DNA from: an uncultured virus (IMG/VR IMGVR_UViG_2898099943_000001)
Lineage: Duplodnaviria; Heunggongvirae; Uroviricota; Caudoviricetes
IMG/VR virus record: IMGVR_UViG_2898099943_000001
Coordinates: 62,001-126,000 of that record
DNA: 64,000 nucleotides
Direction: 5' to 3' (one strand)
The first letter of the stretch is position 1, and the number at the start of each line of letters is the position of its first letter. The translations under genes were made by a program, and so were the position numbers. The notes under the pieces are model-generated. The model was not told where the DNA came from. It saw only the letters and a list, made by a program, of their open reading frames with translations, and did no database searches. Shown here piece after piece: positions 38,764 through 48,355 of this stretch.

Positions 38764-39455
38764 TGGAAAAAGAAAAAATTCTGGTAGAAGTTAAACAGTT
38801 TGAACGTGAGCTACAAATGCAAAATAAGGTGCTTGCAGCTTTAAATACAGTAGATGATGTTAAGTTAGTTGTTATTGAAAATGAATTGTTGGATATGTTT
38901 AAGAAGAAATTAAACATGAAATTGAAAGCATGGGGTATTCGTGAAGGTGTGGCAGATAGCTATATCAACATTAATTGGTCTGAAAAAGTTTTGAGCATGT
39001 CGTTAGATACGAAGAAAATTAAGAAAAGAATAGGTATTGGCAAGAAGAAACGTTTTGATTTTGACGCTTATAGTTTAGATGAAGTGATGATGATTGTTAA
39101 AAAAGAAATCATCCGTCAAGGTATCGAAGATAATCCATCACAAATGCTATATTACAAGAATTTAGAAGTCGGTTCAGCACCAACTCCACCAGCTATTCAA
39201 CGCAAATACGGTATGAATTGGACAGATGTGCTAGATTATATCGGCATTGAACCAAGTTCATTAAAAACATATGAAGATACAGAAGAAATATTACGTGAAT
39301 TAAAGGCGGAAATTGAAAGATTGAATATGAAATATCCCTTTAGAAAAAATGAATACGAAGAAAAAAGAAATAGAAAAACTAGCCCTTCATCAACAACAGT
39401 AATAGTTCGTACTGGTAAGGGTTGGAGAGAAATTATCAATGAAATTATGAACTAG
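38763..39455 (+). CDS. Protein with two repeats resembling homing-endonuclease-associated DNA-binding repeats
   Basis: KKEIIRQGI...APTP...YGMNWTDVL and KAEIERL...SPSS...TGKGWREII. Confidence 0.55.
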   Translation: MEKEKILVEVKQFERELQMQNKVLAALNTVDDVKLVVIENELLDMFKKKLNMKLKAWGIREGVADSYININWSEKVLSMSLDTKKIKKRIGIGKKKRFDFDAYSLDEVMMIVKKEIIRQGIEDNPSQMLYYKNLEVGSAPTPPAIQRKYGMNWTDVLDYIGIEPSSLKTYEDTEEILRELKAEIERLNMKYPFRKNEYEEKRNRKTSPSSTTVIVRTGKGWREIINEIMN

Positions 39456-39625
39456 AAAATAGTTTGAATTTAAAAGGGTGTCATCACTTTAAGGAGGTGG
39501 TTAAATTGATTGTTTGAGGTGCGTAGTTATAACTACGGTGGTAAATCATAAACGTTTAAATATAGTATTCATAATTAATTAATTATAAATAAAAATAAAT
39601 TTTAAATATACAGGAGGGCATATAT

Positions 39626-40456
39626 ATGTCAAATGAATTACAAAATTTTAGTTTTGAAGGTAAAAATGTACAAGTAATTATGGTGGAAAACGAACCATAT
39701 TTCTTTGGAAAAGAAGTTGCGGGAATTTTAGGGTATACAAGAACTGCAAAAGCAATTCAAGACCACGTTGATGAAGAGGACGTCAAAACGTTGACATATA
39801 AGGATAGTCCTAAAATGGGACTATCTAAATTATGGAAAAATGGCGATTATAAAGATAAAAAATTTATTAACGAGTCTGGTTTATATGGCTTAATTCTTTC
39901 AAGTAAATTACCAAGTGCTAAGAAGTTCAAGCGTTGGGTAACTGGTGAAGTTTTACCATCAATTCGTAAACATGGTGCTTACATGACAGAAGAAACTGTG
40001 GAAGAAATTTTAACTAATCCAGATACAATTATTAAATTAGCTACACAATTAAAAGAGGAAAGATTGGCACATCAAAAGACAAAAGAAGAAAAATTAATGG
40101 TTGAGCAACAATTAAGCGAAGCCAAACCAAAAGTAACTTACTACGACATTATTTTACAAAATCCATCGCTTGTATCAATTACACAAATTGCTAAGGATTA
40201 TGGTATGAGTGGTAAAGGTATGAACCAAAAGTTGAAAGAATTAAAAATTCAATACAAGCAAAGCGGAACATGGTTCTTATATTCTAAATACCAAAATAAG
40301 GGTTGGACTTCATCAGAAACGAAAATTATTCCAACTAGCTATGGTGACAAGGTAACAATGTACACTAAGTGGACACAAAAAGGTCGTTTAGCATTGTACG
40401 ACATCTTAAAAGAAAAAGGTATCTTACCTATGATTGAAAGGAACAATCAAGATTAA
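39626..40456 (+). CDS. Phage antirepressor (BRO-N plus KilA-C/ANT)
   Basis: INESGLYGLILSSKLPSAKKFKRWVT.EVLPSIRKHG; KPKVTYYD...WTQKGR. Confidence 0.92.
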   Translation: MSNELQNFSFEGKNVQVIMVENEPYFFGKEVAGILGYTRTAKAIQDHVDEEDVKTLTYKDSPKMGLSKLWKNGDYKDKKFINESGLYGLILSSKLPSAKKFKRWVTGEVLPSIRKHGAYMTEETVEEILTNPDTIIKLATQLKEERLAHQKTKEEKLMVEQQLSEAKPKVTYYDIILQNPSLVSITQIAKDYGMSGKGMNQKLKELKIQYKQSGTWFLYSKYQNKGWTSSETKIIPTSYGDKVTMYTKWTQKGRLALYDILKEKGILPMIERNNQD

Positions 40457-40633
40457 GATACCAAAATAAAAATAATTTTCTAAATTATCTTTAGTATACC
40501 CAACTAAAGATTAACACAAAAAATTATTTTTTCCCAGTGTTCTGGGTTTTTAAATATTCCCTAGAAATAGGGGGTATCTAAAAGTTCAGAACAATGAGCT
40601 TTAAAAATAAACAAAAGAAAGTAGGAATTAATC

Positions 40634-41380
40634 ATGGAAAAATTTGAATACAAGGATTTAGAACATATGAAAGAAGTTGTTAGAAATGAAATTATACGAT
40701 TGGGCATTCAAGATAACCCAAAGGTACAATCTTACAATGACGGGTACATTCGTGGTAAAGCACCAAGTCCAAGTTTTATCTTTTCAAAATCTAAGATGAC
40801 ATGGATTGAATTTATAGAAGAAATTGGTTTTAAGTCAATCTCACGAAAAGAAAGTAGTGAAACAGGTAAACGTAATTTAGGTAAGAAGTATGCAAAAGTA
40901 GGTAAACAAGCATGGAAAAGTGATAGCTTTAGAAAAAGAATTATGGACGAAGCGGTAACAGCTATGCACGAAGGTGGTTATGGCATGCAAACTGAATTGA
41001 GTAAGTATTTTAAGAATGATATTGGCATTGGTTTTGGAACATTCTTAAATCATGATTTTACTTACGGTGATTTTATTCATGCTTACGTGGAAAAGTACGG
41101 TGAACTACCACATGGTGTAAGAAGTACATGGAAATATGCTACAGATAAAGAATTAATTAACGGTATGGAAAATTTATTCAAGAAATATGAATGCACTAGC
41201 TTCTGGGATTACATCCAAAAAAATCATGACTCACTTGCACCAGACTCAAAGTTGTTAATGAGGAGATTGGGTAAAAAGAATGTTTACGTATTAGCAAATG
41301 GGTTCGCAGCTCAATATGGAAAATTTGGTAAAGCTGGAAGTTTAAATAGAAATAAAGGCATTGGTAAGAGATGGGCATAA
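40634..41380 (+). CDS. Repeat-domain protein related to 38763-39455
   Basis: VRNEIIRLGIQDNP...APSP...MTWIEFIEEIG. Confidence 0.6.
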   Translation: MEKFEYKDLEHMKEVVRNEIIRLGIQDNPKVQSYNDGYIRGKAPSPSFIFSKSKMTWIEFIEEIGFKSISRKESSETGKRNLGKKYAKVGKQAWKSDSFRKRIMDEAVTAMHEGGYGMQTELSKYFKNDIGIGFGTFLNHDFTYGDFIHAYVEKYGELPHGVRSTWKYATDKELINGMENLFKKYECTSFWDYIQKNHDSLAPDSKLLMRRLGKKNVYVLANGFAAQYGKFGKAGSLNRNKGIGKRWA

Positions 41381-41397
41381 TCAAGGAGGAATTTAAC

Positions 41398-41694
41398 ATG
41401 GAATTAACATTCGCAGATAAAAATACAGAAATGATTTACAAGAAAAAGTTTTCTAAGAAGATACCACATCAAATACAAAAAACAGCATATAAGAAGTTAG
41501 CATTGTTAGATGAGGCAGATAGCGTAGGTGATTTAAAAGCAATACCTTCTAATCGCTTAGAGTTTCTAAAAGGCAGCATGAAGGGTGGTAAGAAAAATAA
41601 ATATAGTATTAGAGTAAATAAGCAATACAGAATATTATTTGAATACATCGCAGATATGTTTTGCAATGTTGAGTTAGTAGACTACCACATATAA
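41398..41694 (+). CDS. higB: HigB/RelE-family toxin, no adjacent antitoxin
   Basis: LTFADK.TE...PSNRLEFLKG...YSIRVNKQYRILF...LVDYH. Confidence 0.85.
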   Translation: MELTFADKNTEMIYKKKFSKKIPHQIQKTAYKKLALLDEADSVGDLKAIPSNRLEFLKGSMKGGKKNKYSIRVNKQYRILFEYIADMFCNVELVDYHI

Positions 41695-41875
41695 TATGGT
41701 TAGGCAAAGAAAAGAATTTTTACCAAAAAATAAAGATTGAAAATAATTTACAAATAAAAGGGTGTCATGAAAATAACAAAAATAACGTTATTTATGTTAT
41801 TGACAATGGTAGTAAATATGATATAATTCAGTTGTAAAGTTAAAAGCTAAAAGAATAAAGGAGCAACGATGCAAT

Positions 41876-42127
41876 ATGAAAAAGAATTTAATAACAGTCA
41901 TCTCAAGTCAAGGCGAAAACAATGAAGTGAGATTGCATATCAATTACGAAAACAATGTGTACTATAAAGGTACTCCAGCAACAGATGATGATATTTATGT
42001 TAACTTTCATGAATATCCAGCTGTTAATGTAATGAATGAAGATGAGTTAAATAATCAAGTAAGTGAATTGAACGCTAATGGTTTTAGAAGTGTTAGCAAA
42101 GCAGACTATCAAAGATTAATGAACTAG
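41876..42127 (+). CDS. Hypothetical protein
   Basis: AAGGAG RBS; promoter TTGACA-17-TATAAT at 41800. Confidence 0.68.
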   Translation: MKKNLITVISSQGENNEVRLHINYENNVYYKGTPATDDDIYVNFHEYPAVNVMNEDELNNQVSELNANGFRSVSKADYQRLMN

Positions 42128-42177
42128 AAGATAAAAACAAAACAATAATAAAGATTAAGAATTAAAGGGTGGTAATT

Positions 42178-43197
42178 ATGATGGAAATTAGAGATGTATA
42201 CACAAGTTGGTTGGAAAGCAAATCAGAAAATACAAGAACAAAATATCAAGCAAAGGTAGATAACTTTTCTGAAATGGTCTTTGGTAAAGAGGCTTGGGAA
42301 CTAACAGAAGAAGATTTGGTTAACTTAACATATCATGATGTTTATGGTAAATATATCAAAACATTCTTAACAGGTAGTAAACCAGCTAAAGAAACAACGA
42401 TTGTTAACTACCTACGTTCAATCAAATCATATTTCGGTGCTATCAGACGTGCAGATATTTATCCTAACGTTAACTTCGACCATCTGGTTAATGATGTATT
42501 ATATACGAAAGGCTTATCTGCTAAAGATGGTGGACATAATGAACAGATTTCCAAGTCAGAAGTTAAGAAAATGGAAAGTTGGTTGATTGATAACAAAACA
42601 AATGGATATAAGTATGCTACATTGATTGATTTCATGTTTCATACAGCAGTTCGTGTTTCAGCTGCATTCACTATTCGTTGGAGTGACTTTACAGTTTATG
42701 AAAGTCCTTATGGTGGTACTTTTGCTAAGTTAAAAGTAATTGATAAGGGACGTAAATTGAATGATAAAGATATTCCAGTAAAACACTTTAATAACTTAAA
42801 GGAAACTATGGGGTATGATGGAAATGATAATGAGTTAGTGTTTAAGGGTATGAAACAAACAACCTTGCGTAATTATATGAGGGAATTTAGTGACCTTCAT
42901 GGACGTAACTGGACTCCGCACTCATTAAAGGTTGGTGCTGCTACTACATTTTATAGCATTACTAAAGATATTGTTGCTACATCAAGACTATTAGACCATG
43001 AAAGTTTAGATACAACAATGACTTATATTAGAAATAATCCTAACCCAAATGATAGTGGTACAACAATTTTGTATAGTTCAGATACACACGTTGATTTTAG
43101 TAAATTAAAGAAGGAACAATTATTGATGTTGATTAATAATAGACCAGAAGTTGCTGATATGTTATCACGTGACGCACAACGCATGGGAGTTGATTAA
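42178..43197 (+). CDS. Tyrosine recombinase/integrase-family protein
   Basis: HTAVRVS, VIDKG, PHSLK, LDHESLDTTMTY. Confidence 0.82.
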   Translation: MMEIRDVYTSWLESKSENTRTKYQAKVDNFSEMVFGKEAWELTEEDLVNLTYHDVYGKYIKTFLTGSKPAKETTIVNYLRSIKSYFGAIRRADIYPNVNFDHLVNDVLYTKGLSAKDGGHNEQISKSEVKKMESWLIDNKTNGYKYATLIDFMFHTAVRVSAAFTIRWSDFTVYESPYGGTFAKLKVIDKGRKLNDKDIPVKHFNNLKETMGYDGNDNELVFKGMKQTTLRNYMREFSDLHGRNWTPHSLKVGAATTFYSITKDIVATSRLLDHESLDTTMTYIRNNPNPNDSGTTILYSSDTHVDFSKLKKEQLLMLINNRPEVADMLSRDAQRMGVD

Positions 43198-43272
43198 TTT
43201 ATACTCTAAACTTTAATTAGTGCCAGCACCTAGACCTGTAATACAAGTCTTTGGTATAATCAATAGGGACAG

Positions 43273-44619
43273 GTGATGAAAATGGAGAGAACTTTTAATG
43301 AAATTAATGTAAGAATGGTGACGCATGAAGAGTATGAAAAACTCATGCGTCTTTGTCATAATCTGACTTATGAAGCAAAGAAAAGAGACGATATTGAATA
43401 TCTAAATCAAATGTTAGATGAATATTACGCTATTCGTGACTACTTTTATAGTCTACATTCTGACGAATATTGGTATAAAAGATTGGACGGAATGTCAGAT
43501 GAGGAGTTTTTAAAAGAGGGAATTAAAATTGTGCATTTCCCCAATTACCAAAATATTCCTAGTAAAATGGTACTTGGGAGGGTTGTGCGTAATGTAAAAC
43601 TCATAGACTATACAGTATATGCGGGTTACAATCTAGCATTTAAAAATTCGTGTGTTTTAAGAGCTAATGACTTAAATATAAAAAAGAGGAAGATAGCTGA
43701 TAGAATGTCTTGGATAGGGGAGGTGGAAGAAAAAGAAGGTAAACCTTTATCCAAAATACCAGTAGAAGATTTTTGTAAATATTTTTATTCAGAAAAAATA
43801 GCAACAGCTGGATTTGAAAGAAGCGAGTTTTTGTGGTGTGTTAAAGGGTTATTGAAACACGATGGCATGACAGAAACAGAAATAGAAGAATACACAGATA
43901 CTTATATAAAGTATGTTGTAAAAGAAGTGGCAGAACGTTCTAATGCCGAGCTTGAAAGCAGTCAAACTTTATATGGTGAAATAAATAAAGTATTAGGGAC
44001 AGTATATAGCAGAGGCAAAAGTTTTAAATATAGGTTTACTAATGCAAGAGACCAAGTTATTATCTGCCTTATATTGTTAGGTGTAACAATAGATGAGTTT
44101 CAATACCTAGACGAGAAAGATTTTAATTCAAAAGACTTTAAGGACAATGGTGTCCTAACAATCAGAAATCCTAAAATGGGAACTAGAACTATAGAAATAC
44201 CGTTGAGTTTAAAGTTGAAAATGAACGAGTACTTAGGTATGGTGCATACGAAATCTTCTGATGGTTCTTTGATAGTCGGTGTGAGAGCAGTAAATGATGA
44301 GTATGTACGAATCACAGAAAGACAAGTGCGTGTTGCTGTGATGAAATATGATGATAAGATGAAAAAAGCTACCGACCTAACGCAAATAGGTAGAATGTTA
44401 AACTTTATGGATGTAGTTCGTGAGTATGAAGAGGAACATGGTGAAAAACCAAAAGGTGATTATTTTGAAGATAAAGAGAATTTAGATTTAATAACAAATA
44501 ATATGAGACGGTATGGCATGCTCCATGCAAATGGTTTTATTACTGTTGACGACATGAAATTTATACAATTACAGTACCATAAGTTTTATGCAAACTATCT
44601 TGGAACTAGGGTTCACTAA
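43273..44619 (+). CDS. Degenerate integrase-fold protein
   Basis: RDQVIICLILLGVTIDEFQYL...GVLTI...RTIEIP resembles box I without catalytic Arg. Confidence 0.5.
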   Translation: MMKMERTFNEINVRMVTHEEYEKLMRLCHNLTYEAKKRDDIEYLNQMLDEYYAIRDYFYSLHSDEYWYKRLDGMSDEEFLKEGIKIVHFPNYQNIPSKMVLGRVVRNVKLIDYTVYAGYNLAFKNSCVLRANDLNIKKRKIADRMSWIGEVEEKEGKPLSKIPVEDFCKYFYSEKIATAGFERSEFLWCVKGLLKHDGMTETEIEEYTDTYIKYVVKEVAERSNAELESSQTLYGEINKVLGTVYSRGKSFKYRFTNARDQVIICLILLGVTIDEFQYLDEKDFNSKDFKDNGVLTIRNPKMGTRTIEIPLSLKLKMNEYLGMVHTKSSDGSLIVGVRAVNDEYVRITERQVRVAVMKYDDKMKKATDLTQIGRMLNFMDVVREYEEEHGEKPKGDYFEDKENLDLITNNMRRYGMLHANGFITVDDMKFIQLQYHKFYANYLGTRVH

Positions 44620-44649
44620 ACGTGCGATTTCTCGCACGTTTATTTTTTT
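44618..44649 (+). terminator. Intrinsic terminator
   Basis: AAACGTGCGA-TTTC-TCGCACGTTT plus T-run. Confidence 0.75.
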
Positions 44650-44660
44650 GCTTATAATTA

Positions 44661-44730
44661 TTGACTTAATATAATTATATGTTATAATAAAATAGTTGAG
44701 TTAAGAGTTTAGAGAACAAACAAATAACTC
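44661..44730 (+). promoter_or_regulatory. Promoter plus conserved leader, near-duplicate of 52326-52397
   Basis: TTGACT-16-TATAAT then GAGTTA-AGAGTTTAGAGAACAAACAAA-TAACTC. Confidence 0.7.
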
Positions 44731-44738
44731 GCAAGAAT

Positions 44739-45404
44739 TTGATAAAGGAGGTTAGATTTATCAATTTCGGAATTATGGCTTCCAGTGGTGGAAGTGGTAA
44801 AGATACAGTAGCAGATATATTGTTGGCTCACCTAGCTAGTTATGATAGACATTCTAAGAAATACGCATTAGCAGATGGTATTTATGATGTTTGTTATTCA
44901 ATTCTAGGTAATGAAGACGATATTAAGCGTAGTCATCTACAAGGTGTAGGTGAGTCATTAAGAAATGTCTTTGGCAAAGATGTTTGGATTAACGATACAG
45001 ACAAGAGAATTAAATCAGACCAACGATTCCTTGATGATGTCATCGTAACAGACATTCGCAAGCTAAGAGAGTTCTCACATTACTTTGTAGATAAAGGTTT
45101 TGTTCCGCTATATATCAAGGTTGACAAGGATATTGCCTTATCACGTTTAAAGGAACGTGATGGTTATGTTCAAACAGAAAACTTTGGTAACAAAATCGAA
45201 AAGGAACTTAACTTTATTGAAAGTTTACCTACTATCAAGACTAATATTCCAAATGTTAGCAAGGTAAATGTTCCAGACAATTCAGTGCTTAACAGTATTT
45301 ATATCATTGATAATAACAGTGATGTAGATGAGTTGAGAGTTACAATTTCAATGTTGGTTGATAATTTAGCACAAGAAGAAGGGTGGAATAAGCTAGAATG
45401 GTAG
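44739..45404 (+). CDS. Deoxynucleoside monophosphate kinase-like protein (start possibly ATC 44760)
   Basis: GGSGKDT P-loop, RSHLQGVGESLR, IVTDIR, IIDNN. Confidence 0.78.
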   Translation: MIKEVRFINFGIMASSGGSGKDTVADILLAHLASYDRHSKKYALADGIYDVCYSILGNEDDIKRSHLQGVGESLRNVFGKDVWINDTDKRIKSDQRFLDDVIVTDIRKLREFSHYFVDKGFVPLYIKVDKDIALSRLKERDGYVQTENFGNKIEKELNFIESLPTIKTNIPNVSKVNVPDNSVLNSIYIIDNNSDVDELRVTISMLVDNLAQEEGWNKLEW

Positions 45405-46084
45405 AAGGTAAAAATTACACACATATTCTCAATATCAAGGTTGGTATGAATATTGACGAAGCTATCAGTCCAGAAAATATTCATGGGGTAATGTATATGC
45501 TTGGTGTTAATGACCCAGATGATGTTGAGAAAGTATTTCTACAACACAAGTATGATGAAATACAAACTACATTAGGTGCATTACATTTTGATGTGTTGCA
45601 AGGTGAAGTAGAACCTTTAAATCAAGGTCAAGCTGTTGATACTAAACCAGAAACAACACAAGAAATGAAACAAGTTGAACCAGAAGAATTACCAGAAGAA
45701 AATGGTGAAATCGCTGGTGCAACAGCCACACATATCGAACCTAATGAAAACATGGAAGATGATGGAATGTTCATGACAGAACCTCCAGAAAACTTACATG
45801 ATGACGACAAAATCGTACAAGATATGACAGATGAAGAACAAGAGTTAATCGGTGATTACTTTGGTTACTTACAAGACCACGAAGCAGATGATGTGGTGAC
45901 TTTTGTCGTAAATAAATCTTACAAAGATAAGATTAACGAAGGTGTTGTCAAAGCATTTGTTAGTGGCTTAACTGTAGTGCCTTTTATACACGAAGATTTA
46001 GGTGAACATGTATTAGCTGGAATTAAATACCTAAATAAAGAAACAAATAAGGTCGAAACGATTAAGTACGACACACTACTGTAG
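45398..46084 (+). CDS. Hypothetical acidic protein
   Basis: 228-aa ORF overlapping upstream gene. Confidence 0.68.
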   Translation: MVEGKNYTHILNIKVGMNIDEAISPENIHGVMYMLGVNDPDDVEKVFLQHKYDEIQTTLGALHFDVLQGEVEPLNQGQAVDTKPETTQEMKQVEPEELPEENGEIAGATATHIEPNENMEDDGMFMTEPPENLHDDDKIVQDMTDEEQELIGDYFGYLQDHEADDVVTFVVNKSYKDKINEGVVKAFVSGLTVVPFIHEDLGEHVLAGIKYLNKETNKVETIKYDTLL

Positions 46085-46110
46085 AAAACAATAAGGAGGG
46101 ATTGCCTTAG

Positions 46111-47265
46111 TTGGCAGAATTAGAAAAAGAATTGAAAAGAGGTCAAGCACGTTTTGAAGTGTTTGGCGAATTAAGAGTAAATGAAGACTCATGGGGTGAA
46201 GTTAGACAATCAGCTTCATCAACATATAAATATCGTAGAGCTGCTTTGTCCGTAGACTTAGGAGAAGGACGCTCAACTTTCGTAGAATTGATGGGTGGGT
46301 ATGACCCCAACCGTCCTATCTTACGTAGACTTTCTAAAACACAAGGCGAAGGCTTAATGGATATTCCCTGGGCTAACCGCCTTAACGAAAACATTGTAGC
46401 TAACGTTTCACCACAAAGTTTGATTTCAGTAGGTAAATTAGACGAAAATGGTAACATCGCTCGCAAAGTTTTTGTATCTGAATTAGACGCTATCGAAGAA
46501 ATGGAAAAGACCTTTAAGAATGGTGACTCAGTTCACATTTGGGGTGATGTTGAATATCATCGCTACAACGGTCAAATCCAAAGACGTCTAAGTATTCGTG
46601 GTATTTCTCAAATCGTACCAGACAGTTCATCAGCTGGTCGCCACGAAGCAACACTTAGACAATCATTCTTATTCTCTAAGAACTCAATTTCCCCAGATTA
46701 TGAAGATGAATTAGAAGAAAAAGGCAAGACAACTATTACAGTACACGTACCACAATATGTTGGTAAAGAAGAAGGTGTAGAAGTACGTAAAGTCTTACCA
46801 TTCCCACAAACATTAGTATATAAAGCTAATAATGAAGATGAAATCAAGCGTGCAAAATTTGTTATTGAAAAATTCATGACAGTTGAAGATGACGATTTAG
46901 TACGTGAAGTTGTCTTAGTCGTTGATATGTATGACGGTGTTGAAACATCTACTGGCGACTTTGAATTAACAGATGACTTAAAAGATTTATTAGATTTAGG
47001 TGTGGTTACAGAAGATGAATTGAAACGTACATCAACTGTAAGTGGCAAGCGTATTCGTGAAAATATTGTATTGAAACCATACATATACAAAGACCCACGT
47101 ACACAACAAATTACAGTAATGTCTAAAGACCGTTACGATATTTCGGTTTTGAATACATCTGTTAAGGAAGAAGAACCAGAAGAGGCTTCAATCGCAGATA
47201 TGTTTGGTGAAAGTGATGTTGACACACCAAGCAAAAGTGAATTAGATGAATTAGATTTATTCTAA
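46111..47265 (+). CDS. Putative ssDNA-binding replication protein
   Basis: Beta-rich, acidic tail ending ELDELDLF, precedes AAA ATPase. Confidence 0.55.
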   Translation: MAELEKELKRGQARFEVFGELRVNEDSWGEVRQSASSTYKYRRAALSVDLGEGRSTFVELMGGYDPNRPILRRLSKTQGEGLMDIPWANRLNENIVANVSPQSLISVGKLDENGNIARKVFVSELDAIEEMEKTFKNGDSVHIWGDVEYHRYNGQIQRRLSIRGISQIVPDSSSAGRHEATLRQSFLFSKNSISPDYEDELEEKGKTTITVHVPQYVGKEEGVEVRKVLPFPQTLVYKANNEDEIKRAKFVIEKFMTVEDDDLVREVVLVVDMYDGVETSTGDFELTDDLKDLLDLGVVTEDELKRTSTVSGKRIRENIVLKPYIYKDPRTQQITVMSKDRYDISVLNTSVKEEEPEEASIADMFGESDVDTPSKSELDELDLF

Positions 47266-47312
47266 ATTAAATTGTGCAATACAAATAAATAATAAGGTGG
47301 GATTTAGGAAAA

Positions 47313-48290
47313 ATAGCATTAAAATTTAGAAAACCAGAAAAGAAGAAAAAAGGTGCAACATTCTTAGTTTACGGAGAAAGTGGTTCTGGCAAGACATTGT
47401 TTGCTTTAGGTTTCCCTAAGTCAGCATACATTGACGCAGAAAACGGTACTACTTTCTATGAAGGTACTGATAAAGCAGAACAAGTAGTAGGTTTCTTGGA
47501 AACACAATCATTCCAAGATATTACACAACAAACAAAAGAGTTGGTTAAGTTAATGAAGAAAGGTGATAAGACCTTTGAAACATTGGTAATTGACTCAGAA
47601 ACAAAAATCTACGAAAACTTACAAGAAGCATTGTTAACAGTTGATGAAAAGCGTGCTAGAGAAAAGGGTCAAGACGCATTAGACGCAAATATTTCTATGC
47701 GTTCTTGGGGTAAGATTAAACAAAAGGCACGTTCAATGCAAAACATGAAGTTACAATTAGCTTCTACTGGTATGAATATTGTTTCTATTGCACAACCTAA
47801 AGACACAATGGAAGATTTAGGTAATGGCAAGCGTATCAAGGTTGGTATTGAACCAGATATGAAGAAACAAGCTAAATTTGATTATGATGTAGTGTTACGT
47901 TTCTATACGGAAGATGGCAAGTATTATGCACAAGTTGAAAAAGACCGTACAGAAGCACATTTACGAGATGAAATCATTGAAAACCCTAGCTTTGAAGATT
48001 GGGCAGAAGTAATTGCAGACCGTAAAGATTTAAAGGCGGTTGACGTTGATTACAATGTTGATACAGAAAAAGCTAAGGCAAGTTATGAAAAAGAATTAGA
48101 TAACGAAGACTTGGATAGCTTACCAAAGACAGAACAAATCAAGGTTATGTTGGGTGAGTTATCACAAGATGATAAGAAAGAGTTCGCTGGACGAATTAAA
48201 ACAGAAATTGGCATTACAGGCACATTAAGTAAAGCTAGTGACGACCAATTAACACAAGCATTAGAACTCCTAAAGACTGATTTTGCTTAA
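47313..48290 (+). CDS. AAA/Sak4-like ATPase; probable ATA start
   Basis: Walker A LVYGESGSGKT lies upstream of track start 47397; Walker B LVIDS. Confidence 0.78.
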   Translation: MALKFRKPEKKKKGATFLVYGESGSGKTLFALGFPKSAYIDAENGTTFYEGTDKAEQVVGFLETQSFQDITQQTKELVKLMKKGDKTFETLVIDSETKIYENLQEALLTVDEKRAREKGQDALDANISMRSWGKIKQKARSMQNMKLQLASTGMNIVSIAQPKDTMEDLGNGKRIKVGIEPDMKKQAKFDYDVVLRFYTEDGKYYAQVEKDRTEAHLRDEIIENPSFEDWAEVIADRKDLKAVDVDYNVDTEKAKASYEKELDNEDLDSLPKTEQIKVMLGELSQDDKKEFAGRIKTEIGITGTLSKASDDQLTQALELLKTDFA

Positions 48291-48293
48291 TAA

Positions 48294-48325
48294 AAAGGGA
48301 CTCACTTTGATAGTGGGTTCTTTTC
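48294..48325 (+). terminator. Intrinsic terminator
   Basis: GGGACTCACT-TTGAT-AGTGGGTTCT plus T-run. Confidence 0.65.
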
Positions 48326-48355
48326 ATATTAATAGATAAGGTGGTTTTATGAAAG

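Noticed and set aside
28364..44619. Arbitrium (aimR/aimP) system expected in SPbeta-like phages
   Set aside because: No TPR receptor with adjacent signal-peptide micro-ORF recognised in this window
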